The notes beneath the pieces are model-generated. The model saw only the letters and a list, made by a program, of their open reading frames with translations, was not told the DNA's origin and made no database searches. The translations under genes were made by a program, and so were the position numbers. A stretch of 64,000 nucleotides of DNA, taken from IMG/VR virus record IMGVR_UViG_3300035682_000005; one strand, 5' to 3'. The number at the start of each line of letters is the position of its first letter. Within the stretch, counting starts at the first letter, position 1. Shown one piece after another: positions 38,369 to 50,400 of this stretch. This DNA is from a virus.

Positions 38369-41137
38369 ATGGACTCAACATTTTTAGGAAAAGACGGCTT
38401 CATTTGGTGGAAAGGTGTGGTAGAAGATCGAAAAGATCCTATCATGCTTGGTCGCGTTCGTGTGCGCATCTTTGGTTGGCACTCAGAAGATAGACAACAA
38501 ATACCCACAGAAGAATTGCCGTGGGCGATGCCAAGTGTTCCATTTGATACTGGTCGCAACCCCGTTGGTCTCAAAGAAGGAGATTGGGTATGGGGCTTTT
38601 TCATGGATGGTTCTGAAGCACAGCGACCAATCGTCGTTGGGTCAATACCAGGCATCGATGAAAAGCCTGCCACACCTGAGCTTGGCTTCGGTGATCCAAC
38701 TCCACCTGAACAAGTTACACCTGATAGTTGTCCGCGTCCACCTGATCTGAACACGGCAGAGCTTGACGAGAAAACAGAAGGCAGTAACGCAGAAAAAACA
38801 GAAGACACACCTAGTGGACGTTTTTTTAATCCAGACAAGTTGCCTGGTAGCAATGTTGCGTTTGGTGAGTTGATCAAGTTTTACGATCCTGCAAACTATA
38901 AGTTTGATCTTAATAAAGACGGATCATACGATGCAAACGATTCGTCGCTCATTATCAAAGCAGCAACAAACATTTTTGGTCAATCTGTTTTTGGTGGAGC
39001 AGCACAACTACTAGGCGTCGCAGCAAACGTTATATCTAAGTTTCTTGATGCAGCTGGCAATGTAAAAATTACTCCTGAAGAGTTGACGCCACCAACACAG
39101 TCTCCATACCCTCTGCAAGACAGGCTTATGGAGCCAACTACAAGCAGGCTCGCCCGTAATGAGAAGATTGATCAAACTATTGTTGGCTTAAAGAAAGGTC
39201 AACTTGCAACAGGCACAACAGCAGGATTTGAAGATGGTGGCGTTGGTCTACAAGCTACAGTTGCGCCACAACCATTTGATGAGCCTGAAACACCATATGA
39301 TGCTAAGTATCCATTTAATCACGTATACGAGAGTGAAGCTGGCCATGTTGTTGAGATAGACGATACGCCTGGCGCAGAACGACTTCATTGGTATCATCGC
39401 TCTGGCACATTTAGAGAAATTCATCCAGATGGTACACAGGTCACAAAAGTCAAAAAGAATGATTACAACTTTGTAATCAAAGACTTTTATAGTGCCGCAG
39501 GTGGCAGCATGAACTTTCATGCAACTGAAGCACTTAGACTAAAAGCAGATCAATCAATTACATTAAATGCGGGCTCTACACTCAACACTCAAGTTGGTGA
39601 AGACCTTAACACTGTAGTAGATGGTGATGGTAACACACGAGTTAAAGGTGGCACATATACAATCATTGATGAAGACACATGGAAGCACGTATTAGGTGAT
39701 TCATTCTTTTGTGTTAAGAATGGTGAACTTCACATTAAAGCAAAGAAGAAAATTGTCATCGACTCAGATGCAACAATTGAACTTAAATCAAAGCAACACA
39801 TAAAACTCTCTGCGCCAATTACTACTATGCAAGGTCATGGTGGTGGTCTCACATCAGTCAACATGGTGTCTGTTGATATCAAATCAATTTTCTTGATGGC
39901 ACACACCGCAATGGTCGCAGCTGTAGTAGAGCCAGTAGATCCATTATTGTTCTTGCCACCTATTGCTACGCCGCGAGGCATTGAAGAAAACAAAGCTGGT
40001 GATGATAGCTGGTATAAAGAGTCACCAGAAGATGCGTCAAAGAAGTTTGGGTTCTTGCTTCCTAACTCTGGACCTGGTGCTGTATGGAAGCCAATATCAG
40101 ACAGTGATAAGAAACTTGTAACACTTGCGCCACATGGTAATGCAGCTGAACATAAGTTCTATGAAGCTATTCCTACAGGTGAGCTTGAAGCAGTGCGCAT
40201 TGCATATCAACACGAAGATGGTAACCAAACATTCTGGGACACAGTTAGACCTATTCATGAAAAGGGCAAAGACATCACAGACATGTTTGGCACGCCTCGC
40301 AGAGACACGTTCTTAGATGGTAGAACGATGTATAGGTGGCCTAAGCCTGGTAAGGCATATCCAAAACAACTCATCTGGGAGATTGGCGGTATTGAGAACT
40401 TGATTCTTGACAGCGCAATCAGACACCAAAACCTTGACGGATTGTTTAACGAAGATGATGCGCAGTTAGATTTTGACGTAATGACAGCTGGACCTGAAGT
40501 TGGTAGTGAAGAAGATGGCACAGCATCGCCTAAGTTTGGTTACTTATTACCAAATGGTAAAAACGGCGACGTATGGAAACCACTCTCAGAGAGTGACGGG
40601 AACTTAGTCACACTCAGTGCTTTAGGTGGCAATCATGAACTATACGAAGCACTCGACACTGGCGAAAAAGAAGTTGTTCAGATGAAGTACCTCAACATTA
40701 GTGGCACAGTAACTCAGTGGACGATTACTCGACCTGTTTTCAAGATGGGTGCTGTTATTGACAGACCTCGAATGAACACCATGTTTCTCGATGGTGCTAG
40801 GCATCTCTGTAGGTGGAACAAGCCTGGAGCAGCATATCCAAAAAACATGTTTTGGGTTGTCAAAGATGGATCTGGCGCAACCAAGATTGTAAGTTTTATT
40901 GCAGATCCAGCATCCAGACACCAATGTTCACCTCCGTTTCCAAATGGATTCAATGAGAAAGTTATTAAGAATGACGCAGCAACAGCCAATTTTGGAACAG
41001 CAACTGGTAGCATTACGGCGTCTACAATAACAGAAGACGACAGAGCAAACGAGAGAACATCTAAGAATAATAAACGCAATAGCGTTCGTCCTAGCGACTC
41101 TCCTGCGCCGCTACCGGGCACTTCGAGAAAGGCATAG
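38369..41137 (+). CDS. Baseplate hub/central spike protein (T4 gp5-like), no lysozyme domain, extended C-terminus
   Basis: WWKGVVEDRKDP.MLGRVRVRIFGWH OB-fold; YPFNHVYESEAGHVVEIDDTPGAERL..YHRSGTF.EIHPDG; beta-helix repeats; TATAAATA at 38335. Confidence 0.92.
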   Translation: MDSTFLGKDGFIWWKGVVEDRKDPIMLGRVRVRIFGWHSEDRQQIPTEELPWAMPSVPFDTGRNPVGLKEGDWVWGFFMDGSEAQRPIVVGSIPGIDEKPATPELGFGDPTPPEQVTPDSCPRPPDLNTAELDEKTEGSNAEKTEDTPSGRFFNPDKLPGSNVAFGELIKFYDPANYKFDLNKDGSYDANDSSLIIKAATNIFGQSVFGGAAQLLGVAANVISKFLDAAGNVKITPEELTPPTQSPYPLQDRLMEPTTSRLARNEKIDQTIVGLKKGQLATGTTAGFEDGGVGLQATVAPQPFDEPETPYDAKYPFNHVYESEAGHVVEIDDTPGAERLHWYHRSGTFREIHPDGTQVTKVKKNDYNFVIKDFYSAAGGSMNFHATEALRLKADQSITLNAGSTLNTQVGEDLNTVVDGDGNTRVKGGTYTIIDEDTWKHVLGDSFFCVKNGELHIKAKKKIVIDSDATIELKSKQHIKLSAPITTMQGHGGGLTSVNMVSVDIKSIFLMAHTAMVAAVVEPVDPLLFLPPIATPRGIEENKAGDDSWYKESPEDASKKFGFLLPNSGPGAVWKPISDSDKKLVTLAPHGNAAEHKFYEAIPTGELEAVRIAYQHEDGNQTFWDTVRPIHEKGKDITDMFGTPRRDTFLDGRTMYRWPKPGKAYPKQLIWEIGGIENLILDSAIRHQNLDGLFNEDDAQLDFDVMTAGPEVGSEEDGTASPKFGYLLPNGKNGDVWKPLSESDGNLVTLSALGGNHELYEALDTGEKEVVQMKYLNISGTVTQWTITRPVFKMGAVIDRPRMNTMFLDGARHLCRWNKPGAAYPKNMFWVVKDGSGATKIVSFIADPASRHQCSPPFPNGFNEKVIKNDAATANFGTATGSITASTITEDDRANERTSKNNKRNSVRPSDSPAPLPGTSRKA

Positions 41138-41219
41138 AGGTATCCAACAATAAGCCAAGATTGCTCAAAGCACTTCAAAATAGTGCAATAAATAAAACGT
41201 ATTGTTTTGTTGCAACCTC

Positions 41220-41612
41220 ATGGATCAGACAACTAAGAAAATTTCAGATTTGGATTTCGACTTTGTAGCACATCCTGTTTCAGGGGACATTGTTCCATTG
41301 AAAGATGGTGATGCTGTCAAGAGGGCGATCAAAAACCTCATGTTTACTGGATACTATGAGCGCATGTTTCAGCCAAGTCTTGGCGCCAACTTGAAACAGT
41401 TATTGTTTGAGCCAATAACGCCAATGACTGAAATGAGTATTCGCATCCTGATCTCAGATGTTATTCACGCGTTTGAGCCACGGGCGAAGATTATCAAACT
41501 TGATGTAAGAGTATCGCCAGATGAGAATGGATATAACGTGTATTTGATATTTGCTATAGATCAAATTTCAGAAGTTGTAACAGTAGACTTCTTCTTAGAA
41601 AGGCTAAGATAG
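41220..41612 (+). CDS. Baseplate wedge subunit (T4 gp25-like)
   Basis: DLDFDF..HP, AVKRAIKNL, ERMFQP.LG..L..LLFE, FEPR, FLERLR. Confidence 0.93.
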   Translation: MDQTTKKISDLDFDFVAHPVSGDIVPLKDGDAVKRAIKNLMFTGYYERMFQPSLGANLKQLLFEPITPMTEMSIRILISDVIHAFEPRAKIIKLDVRVSPDENGYNVYLIFAIDQISEVVTVDFFLERLR

Positions 41613-41613
41613 T

Positions 41614-43422
41614 ATGACACATGTAAAGTATGACAAGTTAGATTTTGATACCATCAAGTCAAACTTAAAACAATTTCTCAAAAGTCAAGAACAGTTCAAA
41701 GACTACAACTTTGACGGCTCGTCATTATCAATCCTACTAGACGTTCTTGCATACAACACAGCATACAACGGCTTTTACTTGAATATGCTTTCCAGTGAAA
41801 TGTTCTTAGATTCAGCCTCGATGCGTGAAAGTATCATATCAAGAGCAAAACATTTGGGCTACGTTCCACGCAGTGTAAATTCATTACGGGCTGTGGTTGA
41901 CATCTCAATTGATGTGTCAAGTGTTGCTAATCCTCAATCTCGTATTTACATCAACAGAGACACAGAGTTTACTACAGCTGTTGATAATAAAAAGCACACA
42001 TTTATTCCAGAGCGTTCGCTATACTTAGAATTAAACTCTGCAAAGAAATATGCAACAACTGGTCTTACACTCATACAAGGTACGCGACTAAAGCATCAGT
42101 ATGTTGTTGACTTGAATGCTCCGTTGAAACAACACTATGTGATACCAAACGCTCTTGTTGACCTTTCAACTCTTGTTGTTACCATAAAACAATCTGCAAC
42201 AAACACAGCTGAAGAAGTGTTTACACAAGCTAAAGACATTAACTTATTGTCGCCAAAGATGCCGGTGTATTTTATACAACCATATGGTGATGGTTTATAT
42301 GAAGTTGTGTTTGGCGATGGCATTCTTGGTAAAGGACTTGAGACCGGCAATATAGTAACACTTGACTACATTGCATCATCTGGTGATGGTGCCAAAAATG
42401 CCAAAACATTTGCACCGGCAAAACTTCTTTCCCCAGATGCTTCTGGTCGCACAACAATCACGTGCACACAAGCAGCAACAAGCTATGTTGGTCCAGAATC
42501 AAACGATTCAATCAAACTTGTTGCGCCTCGCGCATTTGCAGCACAAAACAGAGCAGTAACAAAACTAGACTATGAAACAATCTTAAAGAAAGATATTTCA
42601 ATTATTGAACATCTTCGTGTGTGGGGTGGTGAAGAGAATGATCCACCTATCTATGGTAAAGTGTTTTGTTCAATTAAGCCAATCTCTGGTTTTGAATTGA
42701 ACACAGATGATAAGAAACGTTTGATTGACAACTACATTAAACCTCGGAGCATTTTGTCTCTTGATGTTGAGCTTGTTGAGCCTGAGTACATCTATATCAC
42801 AACAAACACAACAGTAAACTACTTTGCTGATAAGACCAACAAACAAGATGGCGATCTCAAGAAGATTGTTGTTGATGGTATTAAGAACTTTAAAACCACG
42901 AACTTGTCTGGTTTTGATGCGGACTTTAGACACTCAAAATTAGTTCGCACAATTGACTCACTCGATAGTGCAATTGAAAGTAGCACAACAGACGTAAAGA
43001 TCAAGTATAGACTTGTGCCACCGTTTTACACATACTTTAATAAAGACATTACACTCAATAACGCAATTGACACCGGTGATGCTAAGAACAACAACTCTGC
43101 AATTAACAGCACAGAATTTATTTACAAAGGCACTTCAGTAAAACTTGCTGATGATGGACTTGGCAAACTGTATCTATACTACACACTCAACAGCGTTCGT
43201 GTAGTTGTAAACAATAACGTAGGCACAATGGACTACGCGAACGGTAAGATACACATTGAAAACATCTATGTGGACAGAATTCCACGCGATCAGATATATA
43301 TTGATATCTTCATTAAGCCAAAGAATGATGATGTGATTTCACTTCGTAATCAGATTCTCAGATTAGAAGAAGAAGACATTAGCGTATCAACAGTAAACTT
43401 AAATAAGATTAAGTTGTCATGA
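41614..43422 (+). CDS. Baseplate wedge subunit (T4 gp6-like)
   Basis: LDFDTIK.NLKQFLK.Q..FKDYNFDGS.LS.LLDVLAYNT, AQNRAVT..DY, WGGEENDPP.YGKVF. Confidence 0.95.
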   Translation: MTHVKYDKLDFDTIKSNLKQFLKSQEQFKDYNFDGSSLSILLDVLAYNTAYNGFYLNMLSSEMFLDSASMRESIISRAKHLGYVPRSVNSLRAVVDISIDVSSVANPQSRIYINRDTEFTTAVDNKKHTFIPERSLYLELNSAKKYATTGLTLIQGTRLKHQYVVDLNAPLKQHYVIPNALVDLSTLVVTIKQSATNTAEEVFTQAKDINLLSPKMPVYFIQPYGDGLYEVVFGDGILGKGLETGNIVTLDYIASSGDGAKNAKTFAPAKLLSPDASGRTTITCTQAATSYVGPESNDSIKLVAPRAFAAQNRAVTKLDYETILKKDISIIEHLRVWGGEENDPPIYGKVFCSIKPISGFELNTDDKKRLIDNYIKPRSILSLDVELVEPEYIYITTNTTVNYFADKTNKQDGDLKKIVVDGIKNFKTTNLSGFDADFRHSKLVRTIDSLDSAIESSTTDVKIKYRLVPPFYTYFNKDITLNNAIDTGDAKNNNSAINSTEFIYKGTSVKLADDGLGKLYLYYTLNSVRVVVNNNVGTMDYANGKIHIENIYVDRIPRDQIYIDIFIKPKNDDVISLRNQILRLEEEDISVSTVNLNKIKLS

Positions 43423-45296
43423 CGTTTATATCACCGGCATCGATATCCGAACCACAGCTACAAGTCACGCCATTGAATTCACCAGTTGGTTTGGGTGGCT
43501 CTATATCTAATACGGATCCTTTGCCTGGTGTTTCATCACACATATCATCTCAATTTCCCGCGTTTGTTTCTGAAGAACATCCTCGTTTTGTTGAGTTTAT
43601 GGAAGCATACTATCGTTGGATGGAATCTAACGGACAGACTTTGCACGAAGCACGAAGATTGCCTCAGAATCAAGACATTGACACAGTATCAGATGAGTAT
43701 GTAGAGCACTTTTTTAATGAATTTTTGTCTATCATTCCCCGCAACATTGTTGCAGACAAAGCTACTGTATTAAAAAATATTAAGCAGTTCTACGGAGCAA
43801 AAGGTACTGAGAAGTCATTTAAATTTTTGTTCAGAATTCTTTTCAATGCAGATTCATATTTGTATTATCCCAAAAATGATATTCTTCGCACATCCGATGG
43901 TAAATGGATTCAAAACAAAACTTTACGTTTAACAAACGTTGTTGGTGATGTAAAGAAATTTCGTGCGCAAAAAATTCGTGGCACAACAAACAATTCTAGC
44001 GCATTTGTTGAACGTTTATACGGCATCAACTTTGGCAACTACTCAGCACACGAGCTTGTATTAAACAGAGCAAGCATTACTGGAAAATTTTTGCCAGGGG
44101 AAACAGTCGTATCGGAAGATGGTACAGTACGGGCAACCATCAGTCCAATACCTGAGACTGTTCGTATTGTTCACCCTGGCGCAAACTACAAAGTGGGTGA
44201 CAAATTCAAAGTAGACTACATCGGCAAAGGTGCAATCATTCGTGTTGCAGAAGTTGATGACAATGGTCGCATCACTCGATTCTACATTCAAGAGTATGGT
44301 GTTGGCTACGACACACAACGACCGCCCAAAAACATTAAGTGTATTAATGAAACTCATCTTGCACACAGCTCTGATGTTAGTATTGCTGTTGAAAATACAG
44401 ATATTGCCATAGTTACACTCAACTTAGGATCGACAACAAATTATCCAGGGTACTTTAGAAACGAAGACGGACAACTCAGCACAACAAAATATATTCACGA
44501 TGGTTATTACTACCAACAGTTTTCTTATGTGACAAACACAAGCGAATCGTTTGACAAGTACAAAGATGTGATGAACAAGGCTGTTCACCCTCTTGGATTC
44601 AAACACTTTGGTTCAGTTGCAATTGAAACTTTTTTGAATGTTGGTGTTAAATTGCCTGAAGATGCCACACACATTCACATCATTGCAACCACAACACCAA
44701 CATCATCCACACTTCAGAGTGTCAGAACAGAGATTATACATCCAAACGAAATCACCAGCTCAAATGTGCTTGGTGCCACATACGAATCTGTGTTGCGTGA
44801 CAAGTTCAGTTATAAACCATTCATGAAGTATGATGCGAATGCAGAATTTGATGGGTTAAATTCACATCATTTTGGAACAGGTCTTGATAATAGACTTGCA
44901 GCAACACCAGTTTCCACATTTGAGATATCAAAGATTGGGGTAAACAGTCCACGTGAGTTGGAGACACATAGAACTAAATCAATCAGATTGCAATCCGATG
45001 CTGTAATTATCCAAAGTCCTGATAGAATTGAGATTGTTGCGCAACATGAGCGCAACGTCATCCAAGCTACAGAGGGTGACGCGGTTACTGTAACATTTAG
45101 TGTAACAAATGACTCTGAAGCAAATTATACATGGATATTAAAGAAAGATGGTATAGAGGTTGCTCGCGGTGAGCAAGCAACTGGTGATGTGTCTGTTGAT
45201 GTGAATGCAATCGCATGTCGCCTTGCATTGTTTGTGATTGATGATCTTGGTAGGCAATATAAATCAGATAATGTAGGCATCAAGATTGTGGAATAG
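43419..45296 (+). CDS. Baseplate wedge initiator (T4 gp7-like)
   Basis: QFPAFV.E..P.FVEF..AYY, KGTEKSFKFLFRILF, SDGKW, YYQQFSY, HPLGFK.FG. Confidence 0.8.
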   Translation: MTFISPASISEPQLQVTPLNSPVGLGGSISNTDPLPGVSSHISSQFPAFVSEEHPRFVEFMEAYYRWMESNGQTLHEARRLPQNQDIDTVSDEYVEHFFNEFLSIIPRNIVADKATVLKNIKQFYGAKGTEKSFKFLFRILFNADSYLYYPKNDILRTSDGKWIQNKTLRLTNVVGDVKKFRAQKIRGTTNNSSAFVERLYGINFGNYSAHELVLNRASITGKFLPGETVVSEDGTVRATISPIPETVRIVHPGANYKVGDKFKVDYIGKGAIIRVAEVDDNGRITRFYIQEYGVGYDTQRPPKNIKCINETHLAHSSDVSIAVENTDIAIVTLNLGSTTNYPGYFRNEDGQLSTTKYIHDGYYYQQFSYVTNTSESFDKYKDVMNKAVHPLGFKHFGSVAIETFLNVGVKLPEDATHIHIIATTTPTSSTLQSVRTEIIHPNEITSSNVLGATYESVLRDKFSYKPFMKYDANAEFDGLNSHHFGTGLDNRLAATPVSTFEISKIGVNSPRELETHRTKSIRLQSDAVIIQSPDRIEIVAQHERNVIQATEGDAVTVTFSVTNDSEANYTWILKKDGIEVARGEQATGDVSVDVNAIACRLALFVIDDLGRQYKSDNVGIKIVE

Positions 45297-45350
45297 AACA
45301 CCAAAAAGTCCTTAAAAAATGGTGATAAATAACTTCATAGGAATATTACT

Positions 45351-47405
45351 ATGGCAGCTATCATAAAAAAGAATTTTCGACTTCAAAATGCTCGTGACTT
45401 TTTAGAGAACCTAAAAGCTCATCCGAGAGTGACTGACGGTGCGGCAAGCCCACTGGAAGATAACGACAACTTAACTGTTGCGGCAGACGAAAGTGATGCA
45501 ACATTAGCTCAAGCGTCATTAACGTGGGAATGGACTGTATCGAACACAGTATCAACAACTGAAAGTTCAACTACGGAACTTCGGGCAGATGCAATTAAAG
45601 GGTTGCGCGATCAGATTGGAGCACACATTGTTGATAGAAACCATTACTTGTTTATTGGCAAAAGCACCCCATGGACTGATACAACTGGTAATACTATTCT
45701 AGCTCCCGTATCAGAGCTTGCCCCGGCACCAGCATTAGACACAATTGAAGAAGAGCGCAGAGTGTGGGACGAAATGCTTGGTCTTAAAAAGATTAACGAA
45801 CTCTTAGCATCTCTTGTTATTCCACGTCATGACTGGGACGGAACAGGAAAAACAGTCTATCGTGTATATGACGATAAGAACCCAAATTTACATAACACAC
45901 CAAGCAATGACGAACGTACACAAGCAAACGTGCCGCGTGGAATTCAAGGACTTAGTTTGGGTAGTTTTTATACACTTAACAGCGAATATGACTTGTTTGT
46001 GTGTATTGAAACTGGCAGAAATGCAGATGGTGATCCAACACCAAGCACAGAAGAGCCAAGGCGCACACAATCGCCAACGGAACTTATTGACTACTCAGCA
46101 ATCGATGGGTATGTATGGAAATACGTTACAACAATCAGGCCAGCCGATATCACACGGTTTACTACGGATAGTTGGGTACCAGTAAAAACACTGAATGCTC
46201 AAGAATTAAAAGAGTCTGAAAATGAAGAAGCGGCGGGTGGTCTTCCAAACCCTCAGGCACTTGTTCAAGCTAGTGTATCACCCGGATCTGTTGTTAGTTT
46301 TATTGTAGATAATGCACGTTCTCAAATTGGCTCATACACAACAACCCACACAGGCATATTTGATAGTGTGCCACTCAACGGAACTAATGCTAGTGACCCA
46401 TGCACAGCAATATTATCATCTGATGGCTCTAATGGTCAGCCAAGTGAAAGTACAAATGCATATGCAAACATGCATCTGTATGTAACATCAACTAGAGGTC
46501 TTGGAGAAATTTATACTATTGCAACGTATGATGCGGTAAGTAAGACCATAACTCTTGCATCTGGAGAAAGATGGAGTGATGCTCTTGCAAATCCATCCGC
46601 GGAGCTTGCCGTGCAACCTGTGTCATATGATATTTTACCAATTGTTACTGTAGAGTCTAATGGCACCTCTCCAGTAAAACTTAAGCCAGTGGTTGAGAAT
46701 GGTAGAATTTCTCGCGTGAAAGTTATTGATGGTGGACAAAACGCAAGTTTTGTTAAAGTGACTGTTGGCGAAAACTCTGGTCAAAATGCTGGAACTCAAA
46801 TTGCAAAAGTTCGTGCTGTATTAAGCCCAACAAAAGGTCTTGGCGCAGATATTGAAAAAGACCTTGGTGCATTCTATGTTATGTTAAATGCACGTTTGGG
46901 ACACAATGATGAGTCTGGTGATTTTCCATTATCAAACGACTATAGACAACTTGGTATTGTTCGTGATGTTCGCAATACTGATGGTTCTCTTGCAACAGAC
47001 GACACACTCAATGCTTGCAAAACACTTGACGTGGATACATTAGAGTCAGACATATCGCCTGCGTTTGAGGTTGATGAACTTATTACACAAACATACACCA
47101 TTGATGGTGTAGAAAAGACAGCGCGAGCAAGACTTATTGAATTGATTGATAATGGCTCTGGAGTATACACCATTGGATACATACAAACACCTGAGACTGG
47201 TTTTGTCGAGTTTGTGCCAAGCACAAGCGATTTATCAACTGTTTTGAGTTCGGTAAATCACAGCCAGACCACATGTAAAATTCGTGCTGTTGTTTCACCT
47301 GAGATCAAGAAATTTGAGGGAGAGATCTTGTACTTAGAAAACCGCAGGGCAGTTTTGAGATCCCCTGAACAGACAGAGGACATTAAAGCCATCATTGAAT
47401 TTTAG
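45351..47405 (+). CDS. Baseplate wedge subunit (T4 gp8-like) with insertions
   Basis: MAAII...FR..NA..F, YLFIGK..PW, DGYVWKY, NDYRQLGIV, GEILYLENR...R...QTEDIK.IIEF. Confidence 0.85.
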   Translation: MAAIIKKNFRLQNARDFLENLKAHPRVTDGAASPLEDNDNLTVAADESDATLAQASLTWEWTVSNTVSTTESSTTELRADAIKGLRDQIGAHIVDRNHYLFIGKSTPWTDTTGNTILAPVSELAPAPALDTIEEERRVWDEMLGLKKINELLASLVIPRHDWDGTGKTVYRVYDDKNPNLHNTPSNDERTQANVPRGIQGLSLGSFYTLNSEYDLFVCIETGRNADGDPTPSTEEPRRTQSPTELIDYSAIDGYVWKYVTTIRPADITRFTTDSWVPVKTLNAQELKESENEEAAGGLPNPQALVQASVSPGSVVSFIVDNARSQIGSYTTTHTGIFDSVPLNGTNASDPCTAILSSDGSNGQPSESTNAYANMHLYVTSTRGLGEIYTIATYDAVSKTITLASGERWSDALANPSAELAVQPVSYDILPIVTVESNGTSPVKLKPVVENGRISRVKVIDGGQNASFVKVTVGENSGQNAGTQIAKVRAVLSPTKGLGADIEKDLGAFYVMLNARLGHNDESGDFPLSNDYRQLGIVRDVRNTDGSLATDDTLNACKTLDVDTLESDISPAFEVDELITQTYTIDGVEKTARARLIELIDNGSGVYTIGYIQTPETGFVEFVPSTSDLSTVLSSVNHSQTTCKIRAVVSPEIKKFEGEILYLENRRAVLRSPEQTEDIKAIIEF

Positions 47406-47442
47406 TCATAAATAGTTACATACTTTTTAGTTGAACAATACT

Positions 47443-50400
47443 ATGGCAAAAAAGCTGAACTTAAATCAATCACCATATTTTGACGACCATAAAAATTCTG
47501 ATAAGTATTATCAAATTTTGTTTCGTCCAGGTCGTGCTGTACAAGCTAGAGAGTTGACACAACTTCAGACTTTGTTACAATCTCAGGTTGAGCGTTTTGG
47601 TACACACATCTTCAAGCAAGGTTCAAATGTAATTCCCGGCACAAGCAACGCAGTTCGATACACTCGCAACGTACATTTCATTAAATTGTCGTTAAAGGAT
47701 GTATTGCCTGAGTATAGTGTATCAGAGGATATCCACAAAGCTATTAGAGCAACTTGGGTTGGCAAAACAATTCGCGTAAATATTGGCGATAGGGAAGGAC
47801 TTACAGCATCAATCATTGACTACAGAGGTCCAGATAGTATTGGAGAAAATGGCGGAGAAATTCGTTTTTTCTTGAACATAATTACTGGATCATCAAATGG
47901 TGAGCACTCAACTTTTGCTAAAGGTGATACAGTTCAACTTGTTGGTGATGATACTCGTTCAGCTACAATTCCATCAACATCTGGAAAGAAAGTTGGCACA
48001 GTTGCATCCGTACAAATTCAAGAAGGTGTATACTTCTACAACGGATATTTTGTTTACGTTGATGCACAAACACACTTTATTGCGCCAGGTGCTGATGAGA
48101 CATCTGATGATGCTATCAATCAAGAGTTATGGAATGATGTGCCAACGGCAAGCGTTGGTTTGTTGATGACTGAGAGCATCAAAACATTTCAAGATGATCC
48201 AAATCTTCTCGACAATGCTCTTGGCTCTCCAAACTATTCTGCTCCAGGTGCAGATCGTTTTCATATCGATGCACAATTAACTCAGATATCTTATAATGCG
48301 ACGGCGAGTAAGCCAGATAACTTCATCACATTAGTAGAAGTTCTTAATGGTCAAGTTGCGTTTATTGTAGACGCTCCAGACTATGGCACAATTGTTGATA
48401 CACTTGCTCGTAGAACTTATGATGAGTCTGGCGACTATGTTGTTGAAGGTTTAAACATTGAACTTAAAGAGTTCTTGAGAGATGAACAGACTCAAAACAA
48501 TGGTGCACATAACATCACTGAGTTTCAATTTACAACAGCGCAAGATGCTGCGGCGTATGCACTCAAAAAGTTTGGTGTAAACACATCATGTTCAGTTGAA
48601 GTAGATGGTGTTGAAATTTTCTATCCAGGAACATCATACGATGACAGTGGTGATGCAACATCATTTAAAGCACTGTGTGATAGCTTCTTAACTCTTAGGA
48701 TTGATGCTGGTAAAGCCTATGTTAAGGGATATGAGATTCGTAAGATTGCAAAATCTAGTGTTGATGTTCCCAAATCAAGAACGACACGTTTTATCGACCA
48801 GAAAACTGTTGAGACAGAACTTGGTCGCTATATTCTGGTAAATGATGTTGTCGGTAATATCACGTTCCCTAAATTTGTGTCTGTTGATTTGTATGATGCT
48901 CGTCGCGTGGGAACACACGCCGTTGGCACATCTAATCCAAAACAATACACATATGCAAGCACACTTAATTCTGCTGGCACTAAAATTGGTACAGCAAGGC
49001 TTGTTGCTATTGAGCCAGATGCCACAGAAGGTGCAGGATACTACAGAGCATATCTTACAGACATTGAGTTGATTGGAGCAAACACAATTGCTTCTGTTAA
49101 GACTATTCATTCAAGTGCAGAAGGAATCTTTGCACACGTATCGCTAGTCACTCAAGACCTCATTGGTACAATCACATCAGCAGCTGGCACAACAACTGGT
49201 ACAGGAACAAAATGGAAAAATGATGCCAGCCAATTACTCAGGGTAAACGATTACGTTTATGCAGATTCTACACAAGAATACTATAGAGTTGTTTCGTTAC
49301 CAACATCCGATACGGCAATTGTATTAAAAACAGAAGACGAAGGCACACCAACAATCAGTGCAAGTTCTATTTTTGTTACATACACACAACTTGAGTCATC
49401 GACAAATGAAACAGGTTTGATATACAAACTTGCAGACAGCTATGTGTCGAGTGTAAGAACACAGGGTGTATCTGGTATTCCAGCAACAACTTCTGAGAAT
49501 CAGTACACCATCGATGAATACTTCACTGATCGCAGTGTTGATCAAACAACTAAGAAGATTGAAATTAGTGTTGCTAATGTTGTTAAGCATACGTTTGTGC
49601 CAAACGAGTACACATACAAAGTAATTCGCACTAATGGCTCAACTAAGACTATCATGAAAGTTGAATCTGGTGCGTCTGCTCCATCTACAGATGGAACAGT
49701 CAATGTATCATCTAATCTTACAAATAAGACGCTCACATTTTCATTTACAGATAATGATGCACAATCTAGTATTAGATATGATATTGTTGTGCCTGTAGTT
49801 AAAACAAATGTTATTGAGAAGAAGAAAGTTCTTCGCTATGGTTCGTTTGATGCATCAGGCAACTATACACACGCAGCTAATCCAGACTCATTCACTCCTA
49901 CCACAGCTAATCCAGGGAAGGGTGTAAAAGTTGTTGCTGCATCTAACAACTCTGAAATTCATTTAGATGATTGTGATGTATTCAGAATTACTCGTATTGT
50001 TGCATCAAAAAATGATGATACTGAACCATCTATGTCATCAACACTCAACGATGGTGATGTTGACGTTACTGCACTATACAGATTCGATAATGGTCAAACT
50101 CCATACGAGTATGGAACTGGATCAGTTTACTTACAAGCTAGTTACAAAAAGCTCACTGGTAAAGTTCGTGTTGAGTATGACTACTTTGACCATCAAGATG
50201 GCGAAGATGCTGGTGATTTCTTTACTGTAAATTCATACACACACGAGTCTGGTATCAACTACAATGAAATACCAACACACACATCAAGTGATGGTATTCA
50301 GTACATGTTGTCAGACTGTTTAGACTTTAGACGAAAGGCTTCAGTTGAAGGTGTTGCGGAAACAAAATCTGGTCGAGCTCCTAAAGGATTCTTAACTATC

